Assembly: GCA_964106645.2 (NCBI GenBank)
Contig: OZ067043.1
Source of the DNA: Podarcis pityusensis
Lineage: Eukaryota
Reading direction: 5' to 3' (one strand)
Length of the DNA: 64,000 nt
Shown: positions 11,551-24,126 of the stretch, one piece after another
Layout: every line of letters starts with the position of its first letter
Position numbering within the stretch: the stretch's first letter is position 1
Program-made: the position numbers and the translations under genes
Notes under the pieces: model-generated
Told to the model about the DNA's origin: nothing
Database searches by the model: none
Seen by the model: only the letters and a program-made list of their open reading frames with translations

Positions 11551-14500
11551 TTATTATTTATACCCCGCCCAGCTGGCTGGGCCTCCCCAGCCACTCTGGG
11601 CGGCTTCCATAGAAACCAAAAATACAGTAAAATATCACACGTTAAAAACTTCCCTGAACAGGGCTGCCTTAAGATGTCTTCTGAATGTCAGGTAGTTGTT
11701 TATCGCTTTGACATCTGCTGGAAGGGCGTTCCACAGGGCGGGCGCCACTACCGAGAAGGCCCTCTGCCTGGTTCCCTGTAGCTTTGCTTCTCACAATGAG
11801 GGAACCGCCAGAAGGCCCTCGGCGCTGGACCTCAGCGTCCGGGCAGAACGATGGGGGTGGAGACGCTCCTTCAGGTATACTGGCCCGAGGCCGTTTAGGG
11901 CTTTAAAGGTCAGCACCAACACTTTGAATTCTGCTCGGAAACGTACTGGGAGCCAATGTAGGTCTTTCAAGACCGGTGTTATATGGTCTCAGCAGCCACC
12001 CCCAGTCACCAGTCTAGCTGCCGCATTCTGGATTAGTTGTAGTTTCCGAGTCACCTTCAAAGGTAGCCCCACGTAGAGTGCATTGCAGTAGTCCAAGCGG
12101 GAGATAACCAGAGCATGCACCACTCTGGCGAGACAGTCCGCAGGCAGATAGGGTCTCAGCCTACGTACCAGATGGAGCTGGTAAACAGCTGCCCTGGACA
12201 CAGATTTGGCCTGTGACTCCATGGACAGCTGTGAGTCCAAAATGACTCCCAGGCTGCGCACCTGGTCCTTCAGGGGCACAGTTACCCCATTCAGGACCAG
12301 GGAATCCTCCACACCTGCCCGCCTCCTGTCCCCCAAAAACAGTACTTCTGTCTTGTCAGGATTCAACCTCAATCTGTTAGCTGCCATCCATCCTCCAACC
12401 GCCTCCAGACACTCACACAGGACCTTCACCGCCTTCACTGGTTCTGATTTAAAAGAGAGGTAGAGCTGGGTATCATCCGCATACTGATGAACACCCAGCC
12501 CAAACCTCCTGATGATCTCTCGCAGCGGCTGCATGTAAATGTTGAAAAGCATGGGGGCACCCCACAAGTGAGAGCCCAGGGGTCTGAACACTCATCCCCC
12601 ACCACCACTTTCTGAACATGGCCCAGGAGGAAAGAGCGGAACCACTGTATGACAGTGCCCCCAGCTCCCAGCCCCTCAAGACGGTCTAGAAGGATGTTAT
12701 GGTCGATTGTATCAAACGCCGCTGAGAGATCCAGCAGAACTAGGAAACAGCTCTCACCCTTGTCCCTAGCCCGCCGGAGATCATCAACCAGTGCGACTAA
12801 GGCAGTTTCAGTCCCATGATGAGGCTTGAATCCCAACTGGAAGGGATCCAAATGGTCTGCTTCTTCCAGGCGTGCCTGGAGTTGTTCAGCAACCGCTCGC
12901 TCAATCACCTTGCCCAAGAATGGAAGATTTGAGACTGGGTGATAGTTGGCCATCGTGGCCGCATCTAAAGATGGTTTTTTAAGAAGCAGTTTAATAACCG
13001 CCTCTTTCAGTGGGTCTGGGAAGGCTCCCTCACGGAGGGAAGCATTCACCACCCCACGAAGCCCATCGCCCAGTCCTTCCAGGCTAGCTTTTATAAGCCA
13101 GGATGGGCAAGGATCCAGGAGACAGGTGGTTGGTTTCACTCGTCCAAGCAGCCTGTCCACATCCTCGGAGGTAACAGATTGGAATTGATCCCACGCAACT
13201 TGACTAGACAAAACTCTAGCACTCTCCCGCCCCGGCCCTGCTCCCACGGTGGAGTCTACTTCTTCCCGAATCTGAGCGATTTTATCTGCAAAAAAATTTT
13301 GCAAAATCATTGCAGGAGAACATGTGGCCCATACTGGACTCCGATGTTGCAGGTGGTTCCGCTAAATTGTGAACCACCTGAAAAAGTCTTCTGCTGCTGT
13401 TTTCTGCAGATGCAATAGAGGCGGTGAAGAAATTCTTCTTCGCCGTCACTATCGCCACTTGGTAGGCTCGACATTGAGCTCTAACCTGTGTCCGGTCAGA
13501 TTCGGAATGAGTTATCCGCCACCGGTGCTCTAGCCATCTCAACGATTGTTTCATTGTCCTCAGATCCGTGGAAAACCACAGGGCTGTCCGCGCTCCATGC
13601 AATCGGAGAGGGCGCTTCGGAGCCAAACAGTCAATAGCCCTGGTTAACTCCACATTCCAGCGGGCCACCAGGGAATCAGCTGAAAGGCCATCAACATGGG
13701 ATAAAGCATCCCCTACCACTCTCTGGAAACCATTTGGATCCATTAAGTGGCGGGGGTGGACCATCCGAATTGGTCCCACCTCCCTGCAGAGGGGATGGGT
13801 CGCAGAGAAGTCCAGTTGCACCAGGAAGTGATCTGACCATGGCACTTCTTTCGTTTCGCTTTTACTTAGTGTCAGATCACCAACATCCATAGAGGTAAAC
13901 ACCAGGTCCAAGGCATGTCCGCGGCTATGGGTTGGGCCAGACTTATTCAGGGACAGCCCCATGGAGGCCATGCTTTCCACGAAGTCCTGAGCGGCCCCTT
14001 GTAAGGTCGTGTCGGCATGGATGTTAAAATCCCCTAGGACGACCAAGCTAGGTGTCTCCAGGAGAACATCCGCCATGACCTGAAGCAGCTCGGGCAGGGA
14101 ATCCTTGGTGCACCGGGGAGGTCGGTACACCAAAAGGAAACCTGTACTGCCCCTATTGCCCAACTTCCAGAACATGCACTCGGAAAACTGGGTCTTCCCA
14201 ATAGGACGCCTGGTGCAAACTAATGACTTCCTAAAAATCACTGCAACCCCCCCTCCCCGCCCACATGACCTGGGTTGCTGTGCGTAAGAGAAACCTGGTG
14301 GACAAGCAGCGGCAAGGACAGGCCCATCTGCTTCATCCAACCATGTCTCTGTTACACATGCCAGGTCAAGTCCTCCATCCATGATCAAGTCATGGATGGC
14401 AGTGGTCTTATGAATCATTGACCTGGCATTGCACAGCAGCACCTTCAGGTCATGTGGGTATCCCTTGCTGATTCTAGTATCCATCCGGTCAGGACCAGAC

Positions 14501-15133
14501 CCGGAGGCAGGAATAGTCCTCAGACAACGACTAAACCTGCCCTCTCTGTAATGACATGGTCTAGTCTTAGCGTAACTCCTCCTCCTACCCGTGATCACTG
14601 AGATCAGTTGTCCCAGTGCATCCCCCCCTGTGGAACATGCCCCAGCCATTTTGTGGGCTGGGGCCCACTCCCCGGCAGCCCTGACCCCTCCCCTTAAGAA
14701 CAAAATAACACCTTAAACAAACAAACAAACAAACAAACAAACAAACAAAACCAATAAAACAATACAAACAAAAAACTGTAACAATTACAAAAACATCAAA
14801 ATCAAAAAAATTCCCCAAGCCCAACCAAACATCCATCCCACCCCCACATACAAAAAATCCAAAAGAAAAATTTAAAAACATTTTAAAAACACTCTGTGCC
14901 CCTCCAGCAGTAACAGCAACTGTCCTAGTGAGGCCTGTCAGGCCCCGCCCTGGTCCAGGTGGTAAGTGGCAAGAGCAGGGCCCTCAGGCACTCACTCAGG
15001 GGAGTCCTCCCGGGCAGCAGGCAGCAAGCAGCAAGCAGTCCTTGTGAGGCTTCAGGCCCCCCCCCCAGGCCAGATGGTAAGTGGCAGGAAGGAGCAGGGC
15101 CCTCAGGCACTCACTCAGGGGGGTCCTCCCTGG
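11514..15133 (-). mobile_element. Near full-length L2 LINE: APE endonuclease + reverse transcriptase, inactivated
   Basis: ORF pieces 13282-14703 (NARS, ETW, YRPP, GDFN, LDL, SDH endonuclease motifs), 12435-13310 and 11989-12591 (LLDLSAAFDT, YADD, SRLDYCN), then HITPVL..LHWLP (L2 signature). (TTA)n tail at 11514-11550. Lesions: +1 in the A7 run at 13290-13296, deletion of QGS.LS near 12555, in-frame TGA at 11989-11991. Confidence 0.93.
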
Positions 15134-15744
15134 CAAAGTGAAAAAATAAAAGTGCTTAAAATCTGCATGAAGTGGATATTTATCCATTCCCAGCAGGAGC
15201 GCCCAATCCGTTTGGACATGCCGGGCTAATGACTTCACATCAAAGGATTCAACACTTGACTTCTGCTCTTTCCAGGAAATAGTTATTTAAAAGTAGGGAA
15301 CAGGACGGAAAACATGAAAACATTTTACTCATTTTATTTATTTATTTAAAGACACTGCTAAACAGCTTCATAAAAAATATATCCAAGCCGTGTATACTGC
15401 ATGCAATATAAAAGCAACGGGTGGAATCCATTGTCGTACTAACTCGCTCTTTCCATTTGCACAAAGAATTTCCACTTGTGCAATGGAACCTCTGCTGCCC
15501 CTCCTCTCCCTGGGTGGCCCCTAAATGGGTTCTGGGTTTCTCCCCAACCCTCGTGATTAGATTTGGGGAGGGTTTGGTGCACACATGTGAGAAGACAGGA
15601 TAGAGTTCCATTGCACAAGTGGAAATCCTTGTGCTGACAGAATGAGGGAGTTGGAGGCAGCTAGATGTGACATCTGTTAAAACAGGACAAAACAATACAA
15701 CCTCACAGACTTTTGCTTTTCTCTTAAGGGTGGGTGCACAGCAC

Positions 15745-16005
15745 CATACCCAAGAACAGGCTCAGTCCCTGGCATCTCCTAGTACTGATGAAAAAGAATC
15801 CTCTCTGAAACCTAGGAGAGTTGCTGGCAAGTCTGTGTGGAGCAGTTTCCCTCAGACTTGGGTTCCATAGTGTTGATGGACCACATGTCCCATCATCCCT
15901 GACGGGAGTTGGAGTCCAACAATATCTTGGGACCCAAGGTTGGGGTCTGGTGTAGACAGTACCGAACTATGGACCAATGGACTGGCTTGGTATAAGGCAA
16001 CTATT
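15745..16005 (+). mobile_element. Anolis SINE2-like SINE interrupted by a hAT MITE (15843-15949)
   Basis: SINE body ccctggcatctcc...ctgaaacc..ggagag and tail tggaccaatgg...tataaggca are split by a palindromic MITE with imperfect 8-bp TSD gtgtggag/gtgtagac. Confidence 0.6.
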
Positions 16006-16249
16006 TCTTTGTTTGTATCATTTATATACCACTTAATATAGCAACATCTCTAAGCAGTTCACAGAAATTAGAAACATTAAATCACAAGCAACTACACAAC
16101 ATCAAAATGCAATGAAAATCCAATAAAATGTTAAGCAAAACATGAAAGTATAAATACTGAGTGGCGTAGTACGGAAATTAAGTGTCAGGGGAAGCCTGAC
16201 AAAGCAAGCAAATGTTCAGTTTAAATTGCACCACAGTGACTGCCTACAG

Positions 16250-16462
16250 CAGTGGTGTCCAAAGTTTTTCCAAAGAGGGCCAGATTTGATGAAGTAAAGG
16301 GCCGTGAGGGCCAACCAAAGGGCCAACCAAAGTTGTTCTTTAGGATTTAAGTTGTGGAGGTTTTTGTAGGATTTTACCCCAAGAAATAAACTGCCACAGG
16401 GACCAGACTAAACCGACTGGCAGGCTGGATTAGGCCCCCGAAACGGACTTTGGACATGCCTG
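16250..16462. mobile_element. hAT MITE
   Basis: TIRs cagtggtgtccaaa / tttggacatgcctg; perfect 8-bp TSD gcctacag at 16242-16249 and 16463-16470. Confidence 0.85.
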
Positions 16463-17470
16463 GCCTACAGTATCTGCCAATGAGGCAGTCCATGATCCTT
16501 ACAATGGTATTTCTATAGAAAGTCACTTGTTGAAATCGTGCCGGTTCAAGGACTATTTGCTTAAAAAAAGAAATGGGGATAGAAATTTTTTGGAAGCCAG
16601 ATAATTCTTCCAAGAATTTTGGTATGCAGTTCTTATGAATTTACAATTCTTCTGCTTGTGATTATCCTGTTTAGAATGGCATCACCAAGGAAACAATCTT
16701 TTGATGTGAAATGTGTGTTGTGTGAATGAGCTCAGTGTCAATAATATACTTCTCAGTACTAGCTTTAAAGGTGCCCAGCATAAGAAAAATAAAAGAACTG
16801 GCGTTATTCCCTGGTATGCTTAATGACGTAGAAGGGAACCAGAAATAGCTGAGCTAAGAGCATGCAAGCAGGATTCTTTTGTCAATCATTTCCTCTATTT
16901 TGAAGCTCATAGGTGAATGTTGATTCTTAAGCAGCCAAAATAGAATCAACCACACATAAAAAAGAAGGCGGCGTCAGCCAGTTGGAGGGAACCCCAAGGT
17001 TTGCGGAAGTACCATTGTTCTGTAGGGGGAGCTAAGTGGACAGACTTCCCAAAACAGAAAATTGAGGACTGAGAGAAATCAAGGGCCACAGAATGCTGCC
17101 TGACCATTGTAGATAAATGGAGGGGTGAATGAAAAACTGAGTAGGAAAGGCAAGGGAATGCAGTATTCAGCAAGGGGTCATGGCTGGCTGACTAGGGCAG
17201 AGAACAGGAGCAATCCACCCTGTAACATCTGTTTCAGGTCAGACTTTTGTCATTGTTCCAAAAGAATATGAAAGACAGCTTTTCACTAAAAACACACAGC
17301 AATTTGTGCATAATTTATTATGTTCCTGCTAGTCATGGGAATGGGAAAAGAAACCATATCCAGTCACTGACCACTAAGAATATTCAGCAGTGAGCAATTC
17401 TGGCAAGGCAGATTACACCATGTTCATGAAAACAACTTTGCAACCATAAGGAGTGGAAACATGCCAAAAG

Positions 17471-17533
17471 GAAGAGAAGAGAAGAGAAGAGAAGAGAAGA
17501 GAAGAGAAGAGAAGAGAAGAGAAGAGAAGAGAA
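17471..17533 (+). repeat. (GAAGA)n microsatellite
   Basis: Directly visible pentamer run. Confidence 0.95.
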
Positions 17534-17707
17534 AATCCACAAACACCTCAGATTCCCTGGGAGTAATTTCTACACCTCATGCTAGGCATCATGTTTGCAT
17601 GGAATCATAGCCCTGTCTGTAACTGAGTGTGCAGAAACAACACATGAGCATGGAGGAATTTTGGAATAATTTTGACAGATAATACGCTACTTCAGACTTC
17701 AATTTCT

Positions 17708-17740
<33 letters not shown>

Positions 17741-18145
17741 CTGGCATCAGGTGCTGGAGTTCCCAGGAGAGGTCCTGCTGCCAAATCCTAGAAATTCCCC
17801 GCTCTGCTTCTCATTTGCTGCCTGATCACTTCTGAAAGAAAGAGGTAGTGACAGCAGTGTCCATTTACACCTCTGCCTTTCCATTTGGATGGTGGAGCAG
17901 ACTGGGCCCAGAGGAAGGACACAAATGAATAGGAGTGGAGATAGCAGCATGAAGAAGGAGGTCCAAAGAGGGCATCTTATCCAATAACTACCCAAACCCT
18001 ATTGTCAGTGCTAACAAGACCTTCTCAGATAAGTGTTATTGCCTGCTTTAATATGCTGTTGTACTTTATTATTGTGAAATATCGTAGTGGTTGACATTCA
18101 TTATTTTTGTGTGATGCATTTCTGTCCTGGGACCATATGGTAAAG

Positions 18146-18647
18146 CCATGGCTTTCAGCCATTGTGCTGTGGCACTCTGGGGTGCCTTGAACGATGGTGA
18201 GGGGTGCTGTGGGCAACACTGGCCTCTGTCCGTCTTTCCTTCCCTTCCTCCTTTGATGCCCTCGCACGTCTCTGCCTCCCAAAGGCTTGTGTGGCTGTTT
18301 GTTGCAGCAGCCCTGGCTACGTACAAGCTCCCCAGGTGAATGGTGCCTCTAGGGCTGGCCAGGGAGTGCTTCCCAGGCCCCTGTGGGGCAGTGTGAAGAG
18401 GCACCTCCCTTTGGGGCAGGGGGGGGCAGTTCTGAGACCGGGGGGGCAGTAGTGGCTTCCCAGAGGACTCCCAAGGAGAGGGGAGAGGAGAGGAGGCTGA
18501 GGGAACACTCCACAAGGGAGGGTGTTCGAAAAGGGGTGAGGGGCTGCCAGCTCTGTGGGCAAGGGGTTCCTGAGTCCCACAGGGGTGCCACCGAAAGAAT
18601 GTAGTTGGTCAAGGGAGCCATGGACTCAAAAAGGTTAAAAACCTCTG
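18146..18647. mobile_element. hAT non-autonomous element, GC-rich
   Basis: Perfect 8-bp TSD tggtaaag at 18138-18145 and 18648-18655; degenerate TIRs ccatggctttcagcc / ggttaaaaacctctg. Confidence 0.8.
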
Positions 18648-19318
18648 TGGTAAAGGGTGGCTTATAAATGAGTTAGATAGCTAAGACGCATTAAATAAAA
18701 CAACAACCAGCACCGTTGCTTATTTGTGCATTTTAAAGAGCTGCCATCACTCCCCACAATCTTATATATCCACAACAAGATGCTTGTTTATGTCTAAGCA
18801 CAAGAGGCCTACTTAAGCCAGTGTAACTATAGAGCTATAGAAGATCTTGGCTTCCTGAAAAATGCACTAAATATAGACAACAGAATTGGACTTTGTGCTG
18901 CTGCAACACTTATGAGCTCTCCTTTCTTTCCTCACTCAAGTTGCTAAATGTCACTTGCAAGCAGACCTCAACCCTCCTGCATTCTTTATGCACACAGAGA
19001 GTTATAAAAGGGTTGGCTCAGCAGTTCAGCAAAAGGCTAGCATATATTTTTATCATCAAAGGGCCCCAGGACACTGTAAATGATAAGCTGCGAATGCAAA
19101 TGAGATAGGAGCTGGTGCCATATCACAAAGGCCTCCTGCTCAGACAATAACCTTAATTGGCAAGAGATGGAGCAATTCCATTGTCGAGCTTCGTTAGTGT
19201 GCACCGGAGGTCATATGTGGAGCCAATAGAATTTCCCGTTAAACTCAACCATGCTAAATGGGTCCCACTCTACATCATAACAGCTATGTCCCATGATTTA
19301 CGATTTCCTCAAGGAATG

Positions 19319-19579
19319 GGAGAGCCAGTGTGGTGTAGTGGTTAAGAGCGGTAGTCTCCTAATCTGGGGAACCGGGTTCGCGTCTCCGCTCTTCCACATG
19401 CAGCTGCTGGGTGACCTTGGGCCAGTCACACTTCTTTGAAGTCTCTCAGCCCCACTCACCTCACAGAGTGTTTGTTGTGGGGGAGGAAGGGAAAGGAGAA
19501 TGTTAGCCGCTTTGAGACTCCTGAAGGGGAGTGAAAGGCGGGATATCAAATCCAAACTCTTCTTCTTCTTCTTCTTTTT
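19319..19579 (+). mobile_element. Squam3-type tRNA/CORE SINE with L2-derived tail
   Basis: tggtgtagtgg A box, gggttcgcgtc B box, CORE ctgggtgaccttgggccagtcac, tail gttagccgctttgag...(TTC)n. Near-identical to 61303-61576. Confidence 0.85.
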
Positions 19580-20109
19580 GCTGTGAGTAGTATGTCCTTG
19601 GGTCACATAATACATGCCACTCTCTGTACAACACTGTGTAAGTATCTTGATACATTCTCAATAATTAAAGTCACCATTAGGGAGGTTTCCAGGTTACTTC
19701 TTGCTGCTATTTTGTTTCCAACTCTCCTTTTAGTTTCTGTATGTGGTTTCTTCTCTGGAATTGTCAACTTTTGTCCCAGCAGAGCTCTTTAGGATTCCCC
19801 CAAAGTGCTATTTTGGAGTGCCATTTTTAAACGAGGTTTTAGGGGTGAGTTGTTACCCCAATCCTTCAGAAGGAGTTTCAAGTCTGTGTGGCTGCTAAAC
19901 CCTATTTTAGCTGAAGTGCCTTGAAGGCTTAAACATTATTTTAGAGGCGAACTGCAATCCGTCTCATCCCCAACCAATTGTAAGGAATGGATTTCAAGTC
20001 TCCCTGACCTTCTGTGTGGTTCCTAAACCCAGATGTTGAAGGGAGGAACGTAAGTTTGTTTCGTCACATTGTGGCAACCATCTACATGACTGGCTCAGTG
20101 CCCTCAGTC

Positions 20110-20226
20110 CTATGGAATTCAGTATTGGGATGGTTTTTATGTATGGAATGGTTTTGTCTTATTTACATGATGTTGGCCGCTCTGAGCCCAACTTTGGCAG
20201 GGGAGGGGGGATACAAATAAATTATA

Positions 20227-20266
<40 letters not shown>
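20110..20266 (+). mobile_element. L2 3' end with (TTA)n tail
   Basis: gttggccgctctgagccc...gggatacaaataaa + (TTA)n. Confidence 0.65.
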
Positions 20267-20649
20267 GGCTCTGGAAAATCAGTGTGTCTCAAATGTGTCA
20301 TCTCTACCAGCCTGCCCTTACCCATGTGCTTGTTGACATCTCAAAAAGATTTCCTCAGCAAGGCTTGCTTATTTATATGTTTAATCATTGTGGTTTTAAT
20401 AATGTGCTCAGCCAATTTACTCAGGAGAGACATTAAGTTAAACAGTGTGTTATTTTCTTGTCTCCCCATCCCCCACACAATCCCTTCAGTGTTTCCTTGG
20501 CTATCTTCCAGTCCTCCAGCAAAGAGGCTGATCATAATGACAAGATGCATATTTCTGCCAGGAGGTCAGCAGTTTTGCATTTGAAGGCCTTCAGAACTCT
20601 TGGGTGTATAATTAACTTGCTAATTTCCAAATTCCAATTAGCCACAGAG

Positions 20650-20784
20650 CAGAAGTGGGGAGCAAGTGGCCTTCCAGGCATTGCTGGACTATGGCTCCCA
20701 TCATCACTGACCACTGGCCATGCTGGCCGGGGCTGGTGGGAGTTGGAGTCCAACATCTGGAGGGCCACATGTTTCCCATCCATG
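20650..20784. mobile_element. Palindromic hAT MITE (related copies near 5990, 25520, 27165, 28395, 42830, 55685, 58495)
   Basis: Internal ggact..ctcccatca...gggagttggagtccaac palindrome; imperfect TSD ccacagag/ccctagag. Confidence 0.7.
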
Positions 20785-21025
20785 CCCTAGAGCTTCATCG
20801 CTTGTCCTCTCAATTTAATTTATTTCTTAAGACAGCTCTTTCCCAAGAATCCAGGTGTCTGTGCAACATCTCCCACAGTTAAAACCAATGCAAATAATTA
20901 ATTCAATGTCTGTACAATTTCCCTTTCTTTCTACAGCAGCCCTTTCGTACCACCACTACCACCCCTTGTTAGTTTCATACTCTGAATGTATTTAAAGATT
21001 TTTTTATTTGCTGCTTTGTCAATGC

Positions 21026-21068
<43 letters not shown>

Positions 21069-21069
<1 letters not shown>

Positions 21070-21580
21070 CCTTACTGTCAGTTTCCAGGTTTTTTGTGTG
21101 TTTTTTCTTGTTTTCTTCACTTGGGCAAGACTTCCATTTTTCAGAGGAACCACTCTTGCCTTTTTTTAGCTTCATTGACTCTCTTTGTTAGCTGTAATTG
21201 CATACTCTTGGAATTATTTGTACTTGTACCTTCCCTAATCTGTAGTATACATTCTGTCTAAGCTTCTATTATCTTATCATGGTTTTAAATGACCTCCAGA
21301 CATCCTGAAGGGATTTGACCTTCTTGGATCTCCCTTTCAACCTCCTTTTAATTAACCACCTCAGTTTGAAGGAGTTTCCCCTTTTGAAATTAAAGATGAC
21401 TTCCTGGGCAACTTGTCACTTAAGTATAAGTTACATTCAATGTCACTTTGATCACTCTTCCTGATCAGTTAAACAAGAATTATATTTTGTGCCAGATCAT
21501 GGGCACCGTACAGGATTAATTCCAAGATCGCCGTACTTGTAGTTAATTCCATGACCAACTCTTCCAAGGCATGGCCATAA
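21069..21580 (-). mobile_element. Old CR1 ORF2 fragment (end of endonuclease and tether region)
   Basis: Minus translation TAILELIL...KSDQ..IE...FNFKRGN...SLQDVWRSFKT resembles CR1 ORF2 (AILDLIL, SDH, NFRKGN, AW..FK); many stops and frameshifts. Confidence 0.6.
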
Positions 21581-21796
21581 TATGCAGAAAGTTAGTCTCT
21601 CTGTTGCAACCTGAACAATCATTTTCCAAGTGAATGGGGCTATAGCTAGTATCCCCGGCGTACAAACAAGAAAGAAAGAAAGAAAGAAAGAAAGGAAAGG
21701 AGCAGCTTACACCACAGAACCATTGGAAAAGTAGTCATTTGGGGCCCAAATGATCACTTAGTACATCTATGTTATGAAAGCAAAGATCTATGGGCC

Positions 21797-21837
<41 letters not shown>

Positions 21838-21880
21838 GCTGTTTAGTCGTTTAGTTATGTCCGACTCTTTGTGACCCCAT
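21797..21880 (-). mobile_element. BovB LINE 3' tip with (CAA)n tail
   Basis: (TTG)n then gtttagtcgtttagttatgtccgactctttgtgaccccat, matching the BovB end at 51154. Confidence 0.8.
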
Positions 21881-22653
21881 AGACATGCAAATAGAAAAAG
21901 CATCACTGTAAGGTTTAAAAAAAATATTTCAAACACCTAGCCCGGATGTCACAGGGACTAAATCTACAGATGGGCTCTCCGTACATGCACATATAGCCCT
22001 GAGCATTTAGGATCAGCACCCACACTTTATGTAGAGGAGGGAGTCTCGAAACCTGCTTCATCAGATCAGCAGCAATGGGACAATCACATACATAGGTCAC
22101 ACAGTACCCTAAAAGAAACTTTTTATAAATAAGATCAAATGCATATCAAATATATATTAAATGGTATATATTTACTTTATTTATACTTTTGGTAAAAATG
22201 GGGAGGGGTCACCTGTCACCTTTCTTATTACCAAAAGTAGTCACATTTGTCTTAGGACCCAAGGCAGCTCACAACATGAATTAAAAAGAGATGCAACTGA
22301 AAAACACACCAATCAATCCATCCTCTAGGCTTTTCACAAGGAAAAGTAAATAAGCACAGGTGTGAAAACAGCATTTTCAGTTAGGATTGTTCAATAAATA
22401 CCTTTTGATCTGCCTGTTTCAGTAAATGCCCTTTGGTTTATGGTTGTGGGGTGTACAATATTGCAAAGTGTTTGACCTTGGATCTTTCCCCTTGCTGAAT
22501 CAGGGGGAGGCAGTTTTGAATTTCTCTGGGTGTGTCTCAGGACTACAGGCAAAATGGTTAACAGCCTCACTGCAACTCACTGCCTAGGCCTCTGTTTGTA
22601 CAACGCTGGCCAGATTTGCTACTCTAGGTGTAAAAAAAAATTGAATACCATCA

Positions 22654-22829
22654 GTCTAAACCATTGAGCCTCTTGGGCTTGCCGATCATAAGGTCGGTGG
22701 TTCGAATTCCTGCCAAGGGGTGAGCTCCTGTTGCTCTGTCCCAGCTCTTGCCAACCTAGCAGTTCGAAAGCACACCAGTGCGAGTAGATAAATAGGTACC
22801 ACTGTGGCGGGAGGGTAAATGGCGTTTCC
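22654..22829 (+). mobile_element. Sauria SINE, 5' half
   Basis: aaggtcggtggttcgaattcc B box; gccaacctagcagttcgaaagc...gtagataaataggtacc body. Confidence 0.85.
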
Positions 22830-23868
22830 AACCCTACAGCCCCTGTGGAAGGGAGACACTTAAAGTCATGGTGTGGCCATGTCTCCTACTCCACAGAGGG
22901 CAGCCCTCCATATGAAAGGTTGTTTGTCTGAGATGAAAAAGCAGATTGCAGCACTGACAAAGCCAGTCCTGTCTTTAAGGAGCCCAGACAGAAACTGGAA
23001 TAAAATGAGGAAATAGATGGTTGAGAATTTGGCCATCTGGGTGTAGCACTCCCCTTTCTGTTACATGCTTGTGAGTTAGGGATCAGACAGATCTAGAAGT
23101 TCTGGAAGGTGCCAGGAGTACTAGGGCAAGTCTAGTTAACCCATGTTGATGCCACCAGGATCAGCAGGACACATTTAGAACCTGATATTACTCCTAGGAG
23201 TACTTTAAATTGTATGCACTTTGGGACCAGGTCCTGTCCTTTTTTGTTATAATTTCTAACAGGGACAGTCCTACATGTAGGCAGAGTGAGGCGTCCATCT
23301 CAGGCAGCAGTTTCTGGGGATAGGCAGCAGTGATGGCAGGCATGGGAAGATGTACCACACAGCTTCCTTGCACCCCCAAAGCTAGCCTGTTGCACTCATA
23401 TATATTGTCGAATGCTGTCCTGCCACCATTGTTGAAGAAAGATTCAACTGGAAACCTTGGTCAGCTTCTATACATGGCTTTGTGATGACACCATCTTATC
23501 TATTGCCTCAAGTAGCAAAATGCCTTAGTCGAGTCCTGAGTTTTTGCTTATGCTCTAAGTGTCATGTGCAGTGAGGATACACACTATGTACATAAAAACA
23601 ACAACAATGGCACCTTCATGGATCAAATCTGAAGGAAAATAAATGTTGAAAAGATTTCTTAGCTCTGTATTTTCCAAACTTTCAGTGTGCATCGGACGGC
23701 AGCCCTCCATTTTTAATACCTTGTCTCTTGCTGCAATAGTTGCCCTGCAATTCTTATTGAATAAAATGGTCACAAATGGCCAGGGGGGAAAGGGATCAGA
23801 ATTGCTAAACGGGCAGGGAATAGTTCTTCTGGATTTCTGTTGGGAATGTGTGAGTGTGATAGCAATTA

Positions 23869-24126
23869 CCGTATTTTTTGCTCTATAAGACTCACTTTTT
23901 CCCTCCTAAAAAGTAAGGGGAAATGTGTGTGCGTCTTATGGAGTGAATGCAGGCTGCGCAGCTATCACAGAAGCCAAAACAGCAAGAGGGATAGCTGCTT
24001 TCACTACACAGCGATCCCTCTTGCTGTTCTGGCTTCTGAGATTCAGAATATTTTTTTTCTTGTTTTCCTCCTCCAAAAACTAGGTGCGTCTTGTAGTCTG
24101 GTGCGTCTTAGAGAGCGAAAAATACG
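23869..24126 (+). mobile_element. Tc1/mariner-pogo MITE (CCGTATTTTTC termini) with internal hairpin
   Basis: TA-flanked TIRs ccgtattttttgctct / agagcgaaaaatacg; about 33-bp stem at 23965-24041. Confidence 0.85.

Noticed and set aside
11696-14287. Plus-strand ORFs inside the L2
   Set aside because: Antisense frames of L2 ORF2.
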